NCBI GenBank assembly: GCA_934120135.1
Contig: CAKOTK010000004.1
Span: forward strand, 57,862 to 121,861
DNA from: an uncultured Clostridia bacterium
GTDB lineage: Bacteria; Bacillota; Clostridia; TANB77; CAG-508
DNA: 64,000 nt
Reading direction: 5' to 3'
Shown here: positions 19,023 through 28,978 of the stretch, one piece after another
Position numbering within the stretch: the stretch's first letter is position 1
Layout of the letters: each line of letters begins with the position of its first letter
Translations under genes and position numbers: made by a program
Notes under the pieces: generated by a model
Told to the model about the DNA's origin: nothing
Seen by the model: only the letters and a program-made list of their open reading frames with translations
The model's database searches: none

Positions 19023-19697
19023 TTATCCGGCGATAAGTGCTTTTATTTTTATTCCTTGTTCTGAGAACATTTTCTCATGTTCTGTTTCAATGTTTTCCCA
19101 AAAGTCTGGTTCTTTTTGTAAATCTCTTGTCAGTTTTTCAATTTTAAAACCTGCATCTTCAAAGTAATGTATACTTTCTTCAAATAAATTATCGTCATCT
19201 GTTTTAAAATAAATTTTTCCACCATTTTTTAAGAATTCTTTGTAGTGTTCAAGTTGTCTAGTATATGTTAATCTTTTTTTGTGATGTTTGCCTCTTGGCC
19301 AAGGGTTACAGAAATTTATGTATATTCCTTCAATTGAGTCTTGTTTATTTAAAATCAACAAAATTCTTTCAATATCAAAACGAGTAAGTATAATGTTATC
19401 TATATCTCTATTGCCTTGAGTATATACTTCTTCAACTTTTCTTTTTGCTAAACCTAGCATTGGATCTACTAAATCAATTGCCAAATAGTTATTTTCCGGA
19501 TGTAAAAAAGCTTTTTGTGATATGAAGCCACCTTTTCCACATCCTAGCTCAACAAATAAAGGTTGGTCTGGTCTTATATATTCATTCTTCCAGTTTCCTA
19601 TTATTTCTTCTGGATGTTCTCTATAAAATTTACTTTCTTCTAGTTCTTTTCTAGCCCATGGCTTATATCTAATTCTCAATGTTTTCTCCTTTAACAA
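19023..19697 (-). CDS. trmB: tRNA (guanine-N7)-methyltransferase
   Basis: GCGKGGF SAM-binding motif and NPWP motif. Confidence 0.85.
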   Translation of the reverse strand: MLKEKTLRIRYKPWARKELEESKFYREHPEEIIGNWKNEYIRPDQPLFVELGCGKGGFISQKAFLHPENNYLAIDLVDPMLGLAKRKVEEVYTQGNRDIDNIILTRFDIERILLILNKQDSIEGIYINFCNPWPRGKHHKKRLTYTRQLEHYKEFLKNGGKIYFKTDDDNLFEESIHYFEDAGFKIEKLTRDLQKEPDFWENIETEHEKMFSEQGIKIKALIAG

Positions 19698-19720
19698 AAT
19701 GTCAGTTAGAGTTATAAACT

Positions 19721-20590
19721 CTAAACTGACAAAAATTTACTTTCTAATTCTGCATTATGATATATTTTTATTGCTTTTGGTATGATTTTTATTTCAAATT
19801 TTGTATTTTCTATTGTTTCTCCATCAACATTAAATCTAATTGGTTCTTCTGATGTTACTGTAATGTTGTTTGTTTTAAAATGATTTGTTCTTTTATCTTG
19901 TTCAAGTTTTCCTTTTTTCAATTTCAAAAGTAGATTTATAATTGATGGTAACCTTAGTTTATTTATATAATATACATCAAAATAGTTATCCTCTAAACTT
20001 GCTTTTGGAGATATATTATAGCCTCCACCATAATATCTACCATTACAAATACTAAGTATTGTAAAGTTTCCTTTTTCATCTTTTTCTTGTGATTTGAAGT
20101 GTATTTGTTTAAATTTAAAATGTGTAAAAGTGTATAAAATACTTGCTGTATATAGATTTTTTACTTTAACATTTTTCTTTTTCATTAAAGGTACATTGTT
20201 GGCAACTTCTGCATCAATTCCAACACATGCAATATTTAAAAAATATTTTCCATTTATTACACCAACATCTGATTCTATTTCTGTTTTGCCAAGCTCTTTT
20301 ACTGTACGATAAAAGTCATTACCTGAACCTGCTGGTATTATACCAATTTTGTTTTTTGTTCCTACTACTCCATTTAGCACCTCAGATAATGTTCCATCTC
20401 CACCCACAGCATATATAATGTTTTCTTCGTCTTTATAGCTTTGTGCTAATCTAGTAGCATCTCCTTGCGCCAAAGTATAGCATACTTCATATTCTATATG
20501 TTCTTGTTTACATACTTTTTCAATATTTCCTATTATTTTCATTGCATTACCTTTTGCTGACTCAGGATTAACTATAAATATATACTTCAT
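19721..20590 (-). CDS. diacylglycerol/lipid kinase catalytic-domain protein (DagK/YegS family)
   Basis: GGDGT motif; domain length. Confidence 0.8.
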   Translation of the reverse strand: MKYIFIVNPESAKGNAMKIIGNIEKVCKQEHIEYEVCYTLAQGDATRLAQSYKDEENIIYAVGGDGTLSEVLNGVVGTKNKIGIIPAGSGNDFYRTVKELGKTEIESDVGVINGKYFLNIACVGIDAEVANNVPLMKKKNVKVKNLYTASILYTFTHFKFKQIHFKSQEKDEKGNFTILSICNGRYYGGGYNISPKASLEDNYFDVYYINKLRLPSIINLLLKLKKGKLEQDKRTNHFKTNNITVTSEEPIRFNVDGETIENTKFEIKIIPKAIKIYHNAELESKFLSV

Positions 20591-20624
20591 TTCTTGTTTC
20601 GTCCCTTCTCTATATTCCTAATCC

Positions 20625-20651
20625 AGTTGAGAAAGAATTAAATTTTGGCAA
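20625..20651. promoter_or_regulatory. 27-nt motif AGTTGAGAAAGAATTAAATTTTGGCAA (copy 1), 35 nt upstream of the dagK-like start
   Basis: 25/27 identical to 43575-43601. Partial palindrome centred on AATTAAATT. Confidence 0.4.
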
Positions 20652-20702
20652 TCACTGATGCTGTTAAGGCTTTGCCTGTTACAGCATCAGTATGCAAAGC
20701 TG

Positions 20703-20766
20703 AAAATTTTATTTAAAAGGCAAGGGCGCATACGTGGTGTATGTAACCGCGTTTTAAATGAAATTT
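20703..20766. repeat. conserved ~64-nt long hairpin element, copy 2
   Basis: AAAATTTTATTTAAAA-GGCAAGGGCGCATAC-gtggt-GTATGTAACCGCG-TTTTAAATGAAATTT. Relative to copy 1, outer-stem changes are compensatory and the inner loop differs. Confidence 0.7.
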
Positions 20767-20785
20767 GACGCAGCAAAAATTGTAA

Positions 20786-21365
20786 TTATTTTTCAACTAA
20801 TAACTTAGTTATTTCTTCGGTTAGTACTGTGTTTGCTTCTGTAGTATCCATATTCGTCACATCTATTGGTTCTCCAAATTCTATTGTCAAACCTCCAAAT
20901 GGTCTGTATTTTCCTGTAATTGCAAATGGTATTATTTTTGCATTTGTTTTTTTAGCTAATAATGTAGTTCCTTTTCTTAATGGTAAAAGTAATTGGTCTG
21001 TTTTATTTCTAGTTCCTTCTGGGAATATACCTATCGATTTCTCTTCTTTTAGCAAGTTTATTGCATTTTCAAAAGATTCCTTATGCAATTTTCCTACATG
21101 TACTGGCAATACTCCGCAAACTTTTGAAAAATGGCCCCAATATGCTATTTGTATATACATCTTTTATGAAAAAGTGTATTACTCTCCTAGTACAGCTTCC
21201 TACTAATACCGGGTCTGGATATGCTTTATGATTTCCTGCCAAAATTATTGGTCCCTCTTTTGGTATTGCTTGTTTATTTATTACTTTAGGTTGATATATA
21301 ATTTTTAATAATACTATTGCTAGTGGTCTTAGAAATTTGTAATTCCACTCTGGTACTTTTTTCAT
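20786..21365 (-). pseudogene. plsC: 1-acyl-sn-glycerol-3-phosphate acyltransferase, split by a +1 frameshift
   Basis: N-terminal ORF carries NHxxxxD (AGNHKAYPD); C-terminal ORF carries FPEGTR. The frames join at the T4 run 21162-21165. Confidence 0.7.
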
Positions 21366-21381
21366 TTATACATCCCTTTCA

Positions 21382-22587
21382 CTAATCATTACTACACATA
21401 TGCTTTCTTGTAACTTCAAGTAGGTCTAAAGGTGTGAAACCTACTATTTGAATTTTTGAACGGTCTTTTTTCACATGTTCTTCTAGTATTTCTAATATTT
21501 TTTGTTTTGTTTCCTTTTTCTCCATATCTATGTAGTCTATAATTATAATTCCGCCGATGTCTCTTAATCGTAGCTGTTTTGCAATTTCAATAGTTGCTTC
21601 TCTATTAACTGTAAATACTGTTTGTTCTAAATCTTTGCTACCTACATATTTGCCTGAATTCACATCAATTGCTGTTAATGCTTCTGTTTTATCAATAGTT
21701 ATAAAACCTCCACATTTTAGCCAGATTTTACGATTATTTGATTTTTCTATTTGGTCTTCTATATCATATATATTTAGCACATTTTCATTTTGTTTTAACT
21801 CTAATTTTACCTTTGATTCAAGGCCTGTATCTTGCAAAAACTTTTGAACATATTTATTTATTTCTAAATTGTTAGTTATTATTCTTTGTAAATCTTGGTC
21901 AATAATATCAATTAATATTTTTTCCACAATTCCATTGTTTGAATATAGAGCTACTGGATTAAAGTTGCTTGATTTTTCAAGAGTTTTAGCCTTTTTTATT
22001 ATTTCGTTATATTGTTGTATAACTCCCTCTATATCTTTTTGTATTAGTTCTTTTTCTTTACCTTCTGCTGAAGTTCTTATAATAAGTCCAAAGCCTTGTG
22101 GTAATACACTTTTGGCTAAGTCTGTAAGTCTTTTTCTTTCCTGGTCTTTTTCTATCTTTTTAGAAATTGTAATGAATTCTGAGTTTGGCATTAACACTAC
22201 AAATCTGCCTGGAATAGTAACATGTGTAGAAACTCTTGCGCCTTTTTTATTTGTGCTGTCTCTTTTTACTTGCACTAATATTGGCATTCCTGTGTGTATA
22301 TAATTTTTTATATCATATTTGCTTAATGTTTCGTTTTTGTTACCTGTTTCATTACTTACTTTTGGAATAATATCTTTTATATGTATAAAAGTATTTTTTT
22401 CTACTCCAATATCAACAAAAGCAGCTTGCATACCAACTAATACATTTTCTACTTTTCCTAAATATATATTTCCTTCTAGCCTTTTTTGCTCTGGTCTTTC
22501 TTCGTATTTTTCAACTAATTTTCCGTTTTCTACTAAAGCAACTATTTTATTGTTTTGCTTGTCCTGACTAATTATTACCTCTTGCAT
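21382..22587 (-). CDS. rng: ribonuclease E/G family protein
   Basis: S1 domain plus DVNSGK and DIGGIIIIDYIDM catalytic motifs. Confidence 0.8.
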   Translation of the reverse strand: MQEVIISQDKQNNKIVALVENGKLVEKYEERPEQKRLEGNIYLGKVENVLVGMQAAFVDIGVEKNTFIHIKDIIPKVSNETGNKNETLSKYDIKNYIHTGMPILVQVKRDSTNKKGARVSTHVTIPGRFVVLMPNSEFITISKKIEKDQERKRLTDLAKSVLPQGFGLIIRTSAEGKEKELIQKDIEGVIQQYNEIIKKAKTLEKSSNFNPVALYSNNGIVEKILIDIIDQDLQRIITNNLEINKYVQKFLQDTGLESKVKLELKQNENVLNIYDIEDQIEKSNNRKIWLKCGGFITIDKTEALTAIDVNSGKYVGSKDLEQTVFTVNREATIEIAKQLRLRDIGGIIIIDYIDMEKKETKQKILEILEEHVKKDRSKIQIVGFTPLDLLEVTRKHMCSND

Positions 22588-22607
22588 ACTTTCCCTTTCT
22601 ATAGCTG

Positions 22608-23165
22608 TTAATTAAACTTATTCATTGTATTATCTATTCCATGTTCAATATAATAAATAGTTGCATCTGCTGCCCTATTTATTCCCACTTCTAATGCTTT
22701 ATATTTTTCTTCGTCTAATTTTCCTATAACATAATCAATTGCATCATATTCATCCACTGGCTTACCAATTCCAACTCTAATTCTCGGAAAATCTTCTGAT
22801 ACAAGTTCATGTACTACTGACTTTGCACCATTATGTGTTCCTGGTCCGCCTTTTTTTCTTATTTTGATACTTCCTACGGAAACATCCATATCGTCATATA
22901 TAACTATTACATTCTCTAGTGGTATCTTATAAAAGTCTACAAATGGTTTTATAGATTGTCCACTTAGATTCATATATGTTTGTGGCTTTAATAAAATAAC
23001 TTTTTCGTCTTTTATAATTCCGCTTCCATATAAACCATTAAATTTTGTTCTTGAAATATCAATTTCACATTTTTTTGCTATTTTGTTAATTACATCAAAT
23101 CCCATATTATGCCTTGTATAACTATACTCTGGCTCAGGATTTCCTAGTCCTACTATTAAATACAT
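22608..23165 (-). CDS. pth: peptidyl-tRNA hydrolase
   Basis: MYLIVGLGNPEPEYSYTRHNMGF N-terminus. Confidence 0.9.
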   Translation of the reverse strand: MYLIVGLGNPEPEYSYTRHNMGFDVINKIAKKCEIDISRTKFNGLYGSGIIKDEKVILLKPQTYMNLSGQSIKPFVDFYKIPLENVIVIYDDMDVSVGSIKIRKKGGPGTHNGAKSVVHELVSEDFPRIRVGIGKPVDEYDAIDYVIGKLDEEKYKALEVGINRAADATIYYIEHGIDNTMNKFN

Positions 23166-23178
23166 TTAATTTTCCTCT

Positions 23179-23640
23179 TTAATTTAATATCATTTCATAA
23201 TATCTAGCATGTGTTGTAGAATTTCTTAGTTCTTCTTTTTCAACAAATCCATTTTTCAAATAAAAATTTATTGCTCTACCTAGGCTTTCATAAGTGCCTA
23301 ATTGTAATTTTTCTAAATTTAAAGTTTGAACTGCAAATCCAAACACTTCGTTTAATAACTGCTTTGCTAATCCTTTGCCTCTATATTCTATATCACAACA
23401 AACATTTTCAATTCTGCCAACACTGTCTTCCAACTTCTTAAGCATCATTGTCGCTAGTATTTTGCCTTCTTGCTCTATATACCATATGTATAAATTCTCG
23501 TCATTGTAGTTTTTCTCTAAATAGTTTTTGCTAAAAACTTCAAAGCCGATTTTCTACAACCATAACTTGATTAGTTAAACTTTTTATTGCTTTTTCTAAC
23601 TCAGCATTTTCTTCATATCTTTTTACAATATAGTTCTCCA
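23179..23640 (-). pseudogene. GNAT N-acetyltransferase with a frameshift in an A/T4 run
   Basis: N-terminal 33 codons (MENYIVKRYEEN...) are in a different frame from the downstream GNAT core (RGKGLAKQLL). The frames meet at the T4 run 23550-23553. Confidence 0.6.
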
Positions 23641-23668
23641 TTTATTACCTCATCCCTTTTTACATATT

Positions 23669-25288
23669 TTAGTGTACTAAATTAAATCTATAATTTTTTT
23701 CATGTTTTTTACTTAATTTTTTTATTTCTTCTAAAGTTCTTTTTGAATTATTATGATCTAAATAATGAAATGTGTTTTCTATAGTGTTTTTATATTTTTC
23801 TTCTATTTGGCAATTATTTTTTATGTAAAAAATAATTTTGTTTACTATATCGTCTTCATCTTTAATCAATTCTCCAAATCCATCTTTTCCATAGTCAAAA
23901 TAGCCTCTATTATAATGTGCTGTAAAGAATTTTTCTTGGTCAAATTGATAATATATAATTGGTTTTTGTAAAAATGCTACATCAAAATGTGTGCTTGAAT
24001 AGTCTGTAATAAATAATGCACATTCTTTAAATAATGTAGAGTATCTTATATCTTTGGTTGATAAAACCTCTACGTTTTCATTTTGTAAATTTAAAAAGCT
24101 TTGCTTATATTTTTCTGATGCTGGATGTAACAAAAACTGAATTTTGTATCCATATTTTTTTATTTCATCTAATATTTCTTTTTTGTTTAATAAGCTTTGA
24201 TATTTTTTATAAAACTCTGACTCCTCTAGTGAGTTTCCTTTGTCATTTGTGTATTCTACATTTTCTAAAAACGCTCTCCAAGTAGGTGCTATTAAAATTA
24301 TCTTTTTTCTTTCATCTTTTAGCCTATCAAACCTAGCAAGTCCAGTACATACAATTGCATTTTTATCGTACATATAGTTTTGCTCTACGTCCTCATATTC
24401 TGGCTTTGTAGTTGTAACAAATAAATCTGCTATAATGTGCTCTCTGTTCAAAAAGTTATGAACATCGTTCATTATAACTCCATGTTGCAAAAATACAAAT
24501 TGTTTATTTATTTTATCTTTATAAACTGACATTTCTTGTTCATTAAATGGGTTAAATACTCTGTCATAATAACTAGCATGTGATGACATTATCATTTTGC
24601 TATTTATGTATTTTAATTTGTGCTTTAAAGACCCATATTTTAGCACTTTTCCGGCTTTGCTAATATCTTTAAAATTAGGAGAATTTTTATCTAACACGAA
24701 ATACGTGTATTTACTGAAATTTTTATCTTCCTGATTTATGTATCTAAACAATTGCTCTGCATTATCGTCTCCATACATAATTCTGTCATTTAATAAATAA
24801 TATTTTTCTCCTGTTTTAAACAAATTTAGAATATACCATTTGTGATATAATTTTCTAGCTTTAAATATCTTAGATAATTCATATTTAAATTTTTCAAATG
24901 CTTTGTATTTTGTTACAGTAAATGTTGCTGTTTCGCCGTCTATAGCTAGAGTATAGCCTTTTGTAAAAATTTTATATGGTATTTCTAGTTCATTTATTTT
25001 TTGGTCTTTGTTGTCTAAGAATTCCACATCCTCAAACTTTTGGTTATTATCTTCTAAGATAAATTTGTATATATTTTCAGTGTCAATTTTTATATTTAAA
25101 GTAAGTTTATTATAATTCACTTCTTGTGAAAATGAATATGTTTGAACATCAAAATTATAGTTTTGATGTTCAGTTTTTAAATATGCTTTTATATTATGAA
25201 TTTCATTATTTGTTTTATATAAAATCTCAATGTTTGCAATTCTATCTTCAACAATTTTAACATTAACTAAATTAACACTTTTTTTCAT
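23669..25288 (-). CDS. CDP-glycerol glycerophosphotransferase family protein (TagB/TagF-like)
   Basis: C-terminal LQHG...APTWR motifs. Confidence 0.75.
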   Translation of the reverse strand: MKKSVNLVNVKIVEDRIANIEILYKTNNEIHNIKAYLKTEHQNYNFDVQTYSFSQEVNYNKLTLNIKIDTENIYKFILEDNNQKFEDVEFLDNKDQKINELEIPYKIFTKGYTLAIDGETATFTVTKYKAFEKFKYELSKIFKARKLYHKWYILNLFKTGEKYYLLNDRIMYGDDNAEQLFRYINQEDKNFSKYTYFVLDKNSPNFKDISKAGKVLKYGSLKHKLKYINSKMIMSSHASYYDRVFNPFNEQEMSVYKDKINKQFVFLQHGVIMNDVHNFLNREHIIADLFVTTTKPEYEDVEQNYMYDKNAIVCTGLARFDRLKDERKKIILIAPTWRAFLENVEYTNDKGNSLEESEFYKKYQSLLNKKEILDEIKKYGYKIQFLLHPASEKYKQSFLNLQNENVEVLSTKDIRYSTLFKECALFITDYSSTHFDVAFLQKPIIYYQFDQEKFFTAHYNRGYFDYGKDGFGELIKDEDDIVNKIIFYIKNNCQIEEKYKNTIENTFHYLDHNNSKRTLEEIKKLSKKHEKNYRFNLVH

Positions 25289-25303
25289 AAATACAATTTT
25301 CCT

Positions 25304-26539
25304 TTATATTTCTGATTTTAGCTTGTCCCAAATCTCATTTGTTTTTAAATATTCATTATAATGTTTTTTTACATTTTTGTCATACTTAGTTAAGTCTTCT
25401 AGCAATACATTACAATCTTCATTTTCAAATAATTTATTTACTTCTATAATTCCTGTTTTTAATTTTTCGTATGTCTCTTGAATTTTCTCTTTATATGTTT
25501 CTTTATGTGTTATGTATTGAAATAGTGGTTTATATTTAATCCATCCTCTTGAAGCTTGGATAAATCTCTTAGCAATTTGTTCATCTTCAACTTTTATTTT
25601 TCTTAAAGTTTTGGGGTATTTTCCTCTTAATATATTTGTATATTTTAAAAATCCATCATGAAAATGATAAACAGGTACTCTTACTACCTTTGAGTCATTT
25701 AGTTTAGTAGAAAAGAATGTATCTTCTCCTCTTGCACCTTCTGGGTTATAGAATGCTGGTATTTTATCAATATGTTTTAGGTTTAAACATAAGGTAGAAC
25801 CTGCAACCCATTTCCCTATTCCATCACTTTCAAGTTCATATGCTCCTTCTCCATTACTAATTTCATTATTTGCATATGTAACTCCATTATATTTTGTAAA
25901 TTTTTCTTTTATCGAATCCCATGAAATGATGTCATTACTAATTGCTTCTATGTATTGTCTAAATAAGCTTTCGTCAACATCTTCATTTAGTTCTACATAT
26001 GGAATAGGTGATATATATCCACAATGATACCCTATTGTTACATCTGCATCTTGTATATAGTTATAATGCATACGCACATTGTCTTGTTGTTTCCATGTAA
26101 TTTCTTTTGCGCCTTCATCTTTTATACAAGCTACAGGATATTCGTCATCATCCCAAAATAGTAAATAGTCCATACCTCTTAATAATGCATAATACATTAA
26201 AGTGTTTCTGCCTTTGGCATGTCCATGTCCAAAAAACAACTCTGCTTCTTCCTTAGTTAGCCTTTCTCTTCCTATTAACCTTTTTTTCATTTCTTCAATG
26301 TCTTCTGGAGTAATATATTTAATTTTTATATCTTTATACACATTCGGCATTAAGCCATAAAAATCAACCCTTGTTGTATATTGATATCCTAAATCAAATA
26401 AAACAAAGGCTGTTAGTTCAACTTTGTCATCTAAATCTTTAAATTGGTTTACTAATTGTTCATAAGTATTGTTTATTACTTTACATACATTAGGTCTTCC
26501 TGTTACAAAACCCAACCCAAATTGAATCGTCTTGCCCAT
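25304..26539 (-). CDS. hypothetical protein, possibly glycosyl/phosphotransferase-like (DDDEYP, GARGED motifs)
   Basis: Lies in the cell-wall polymer cluster; family not recognised. Confidence 0.4.
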   Translation of the reverse strand: MGKTIQFGLGFVTGRPNVCKVINNTYEQLVNQFKDLDDKVELTAFVLFDLGYQYTTRVDFYGLMPNVYKDIKIKYITPEDIEEMKKRLIGRERLTKEEAELFFGHGHAKGRNTLMYYALLRGMDYLLFWDDDEYPVACIKDEGAKEITWKQQDNVRMHYNYIQDADVTIGYHCGYISPIPYVELNEDVDESLFRQYIEAISNDIISWDSIKEKFTKYNGVTYANNEISNGEGAYELESDGIGKWVAGSTLCLNLKHIDKIPAFYNPEGARGEDTFFSTKLNDSKVVRVPVYHFHDGFLKYTNILRGKYPKTLRKIKVEDEQIAKRFIQASRGWIKYKPLFQYITHKETYKEKIQETYEKLKTGIIEVNKLFENEDCNVLLEDLTKYDKNVKKHYNEYLKTNEIWDKLKSEI

Positions 26540-26678
26540 GCTTTTCTCCTTAACATTTGTACTATTAAATCACAAAATCTAACTATAAAATTATATCATA
26601 TTTTGCGTTTTGTGTCAATTTCTAGTTTTTGTTGATTTATAGCACTTTGTAGGTACTTTAGCATTGATTTTTTAAGCT

Positions 26679-27554
26679 TTAATTATTTAATTCATAAATT
26701 AAATTTTCATAAGCTTTGTGTGACAGTTCATTGTTGTATTTTTCGTCAACATATTTTTCTAATATCCAGTTATGTATCGCTCCTTCATATTCATTTATTT
26801 TAATTTCAGACAGTTTCTGCTGTAATATATGTACATCCGGATTTAAAATATCATTTGTTCCTGTATACACAACTATATTCTTTAGATTTTCTAGCTTTCC
26901 ATAAATTGGGCTTACTAGATAATTTGTTGTATTTTCTTCTGTTTTTGCATAAACTATTCCCACTATTTTTAGAATGTTTTTGTTTAATTTTGTGTCTCTT
27001 TTTTGAACTTCATCTATTTCTTTATTCGACATAGTTACATCTAACCATGGCGAAATTAGAATTGTTTTGCTTGGTTGTCCAAGCTTGTCTTCTGCTATTT
27101 TTTGTACAAGTGATAGACTCATTCCTGCTCCTGCTGAGTCTCCCATTAGTATTAAGTTTTCTTGTTTGACTTTTTCTAATATTTTTTCATATAGTGGTAA
27201 AACCATATTAAATGCATCTTCATAGTTATACTGTGGTGCTAGTGGATAATCTGGCACTATTATAGTAGCATTTGTGTCTTTTATTATTTCATTGAAAAAT
27301 AGCCAATGTTCCTGTTCGATTTCTCCAACATAAGCTCCACCGTGTAAATACAATATTACTTTATTTGATTTCTCAGTCTTTGGTGTAAGAACAAATACTT
27401 TTCTTTGCGCAAATTTTTCTTCAGCTATATTATAGTTCTTCTCTTCACTTGGCTTAGCTTCTATATTTCCATTAAACCAATAAATTGCTCCAATTATCGC
27501 TCCCAGTAATATAGCTATAAATATTATTACAATTATTTTTATTACTTTCTTCAT
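26679..27554 (-). CDS. alpha/beta-hydrolase fold esterase/lipase (HGGA, GDSAGA motifs), membrane anchored
   Basis: HGGAY oxyanion motif and GDSAG nucleophile elbow. Confidence 0.75.
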   Translation of the reverse strand: MKKVIKIIVIIFIAILLGAIIGAIYWFNGNIEAKPSEEKNYNIAEEKFAQRKVFVLTPKTEKSNKVILYLHGGAYVGEIEQEHWLFFNEIIKDTNATIIVPDYPLAPQYNYEDAFNMVLPLYEKILEKVKQENLILMGDSAGAGMSLSLVQKIAEDKLGQPSKTILISPWLDVTMSNKEIDEVQKRDTKLNKNILKIVGIVYAKTEENTTNYLVSPIYGKLENLKNIVVYTGTNDILNPDVHILQQKLSEIKINEYEGAIHNWILEKYVDEKYNNELSHKAYENLIYELNN

Positions 27555-27573
27555 ATTCTGCTTCCTAACTATC

Positions 27574-28968
27574 TTATATGTGGAATTTTCTTTTAAACGT
27601 CTCCTTAAATGTCACTCCATTTTTTACTTTTTGTTTTCTTTGTTTAATCATATTCATTAGTGGTGAACTATCAATTTTAGGATATAACTCATTTGCCTCT
27701 TTTGCATAAATGTCATTTGTTATAATCTCAGTTTTAATTCCTTGCTTTTCTAAGAATTCTGCAAAGCTTTTTTCAATATCATTTTCCTGTAAAATAGATC
27801 CCACTGAAAATACTATGTTGTCTTTATATGAGCATATTGTACATTTTATTTTTTCTGCTTTTTCTGGTGCAATTATAAAAAAGAAATTTTGTATATATTG
27901 CTCATATTCTGGCAGAAAGTTCACTTTTCCTAAATTTGAAAATGTTGTGGTTGTGTATTTTTGTATTTCTCCATATACTAATTTTAATATCAATTTTTTT
28001 ATAAAAAGTGGTATTATTCTTATAAGTATTTGATTTCCCAGTTTAACATTATGTGCCATAGTTTTAGCTAAGCTTTCTTTTTGTAGGTTATCGTGGAAGA
28101 ATTCTCTTACATATTCTAATATTGCTTCAAAATTATTCAAATCTATTTTTTCTGCTTTTGCAACAACAGTCATATATGTAAAAAAGTTTGTTATTGTATT
28201 AGACGGAAAAAATTTTTTCAAATTTACTGGTATACATACTTTTATACTCTTTTTATCTTTAGTGTTCTTTTGTTGTTGATATATGCAATATATCAGCACA
28301 GCTGTAAAATACTCAGTTACTGTAACCTTTAAACTTCTACATGTTTTAATTATTGGTTTTAAGTCTATAAATACTTGAGTAGTTCCTGCTTGATATGGCA
28401 ACAGCTTCTTACCTTTTAAAATATACGCTCTTCCTGTATTATCTTTGAAATGTAGACTTTTGTCATAATTTTTCAAATAACTATCTTCTATGTCTTGCAC
28501 TTGTAGCTGTATTTGTTTTGCTGAAAATTTTTCATTAAAATCATGACATAAATTCAAATATTCATATACTATTGTTTTTACAAATTCTGTAGCTGTTGTG
28601 CCATCTGTTAAGGCGTGAAACACTTCTACATTTATTTTGTTGTTGTAATAAGAAACTCTAAATAAGTATCCATTATTTGTCCTATAACCTATATATCTAC
28701 AAGGATACCTATCCTCTGGATATACTATAATTTCTCTATTGTTTTCCTCTAAATAATACCAAAAAAATCCTGTTCTTAGTCTAACTTTAAAGTTTGCAAA
28801 AGTAGATAAGGCTTTTTCTGTTGCCTTTTTTAATTTTTTTGGATCTATTGTTTCTGTTAACACAACAGATACACGAAATATTGTGCTAAATTTTTTTGTT
28901 GATATTATCGGAAATAATTTTGCTGAATTATCTAATTTTCTCCATTTTACCTTTTGATTATTACTCAT
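27574..28968 (-). CDS. HxxxD-motif acyltransferase (condensation / WS-DGAT / alcohol acetyltransferase-like)
   Basis: FHALTDG motif at ~aa 117. Confidence 0.5.
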   Translation of the reverse strand: MSNNQKVKWRKLDNSAKLFPIISTKKFSTIFRVSVVLTETIDPKKLKKATEKALSTFANFKVRLRTGFFWYYLEENNREIIVYPEDRYPCRYIGYRTNNGYLFRVSYYNNKINVEVFHALTDGTTATEFVKTIVYEYLNLCHDFNEKFSAKQIQLQVQDIEDSYLKNYDKSLHFKDNTGRAYILKGKKLLPYQAGTTQVFIDLKPIIKTCRSLKVTVTEYFTAVLIYCIYQQQKNTKDKKSIKVCIPVNLKKFFPSNTITNFFTYMTVVAKAEKIDLNNFEAILEYVREFFHDNLQKESLAKTMAHNVKLGNQILIRIIPLFIKKLILKLVYGEIQKYTTTTFSNLGKVNFLPEYEQYIQNFFFIIAPEKAEKIKCTICSYKDNIVFSVGSILQENDIEKSFAEFLEKQGIKTEIITNDIYAKEANELYPKIDSSPLMNMIKQRKQKVKNGVTFKETFKRKFHI

Positions 28969-28978
28969 AAAATCCCCT

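Noticed and set aside
19011-19045. Hairpin AAGCACTTATC-CGGC-GATAAGTGCTT plus T-tract at the trmB 3' end, considered as an attenuator or regulatory element.
   Set aside because: The stem simply overlaps the last six trmB codons and the stop; it is most simply a terminator positioned over the gene end, shielding against plus-strand read-through.
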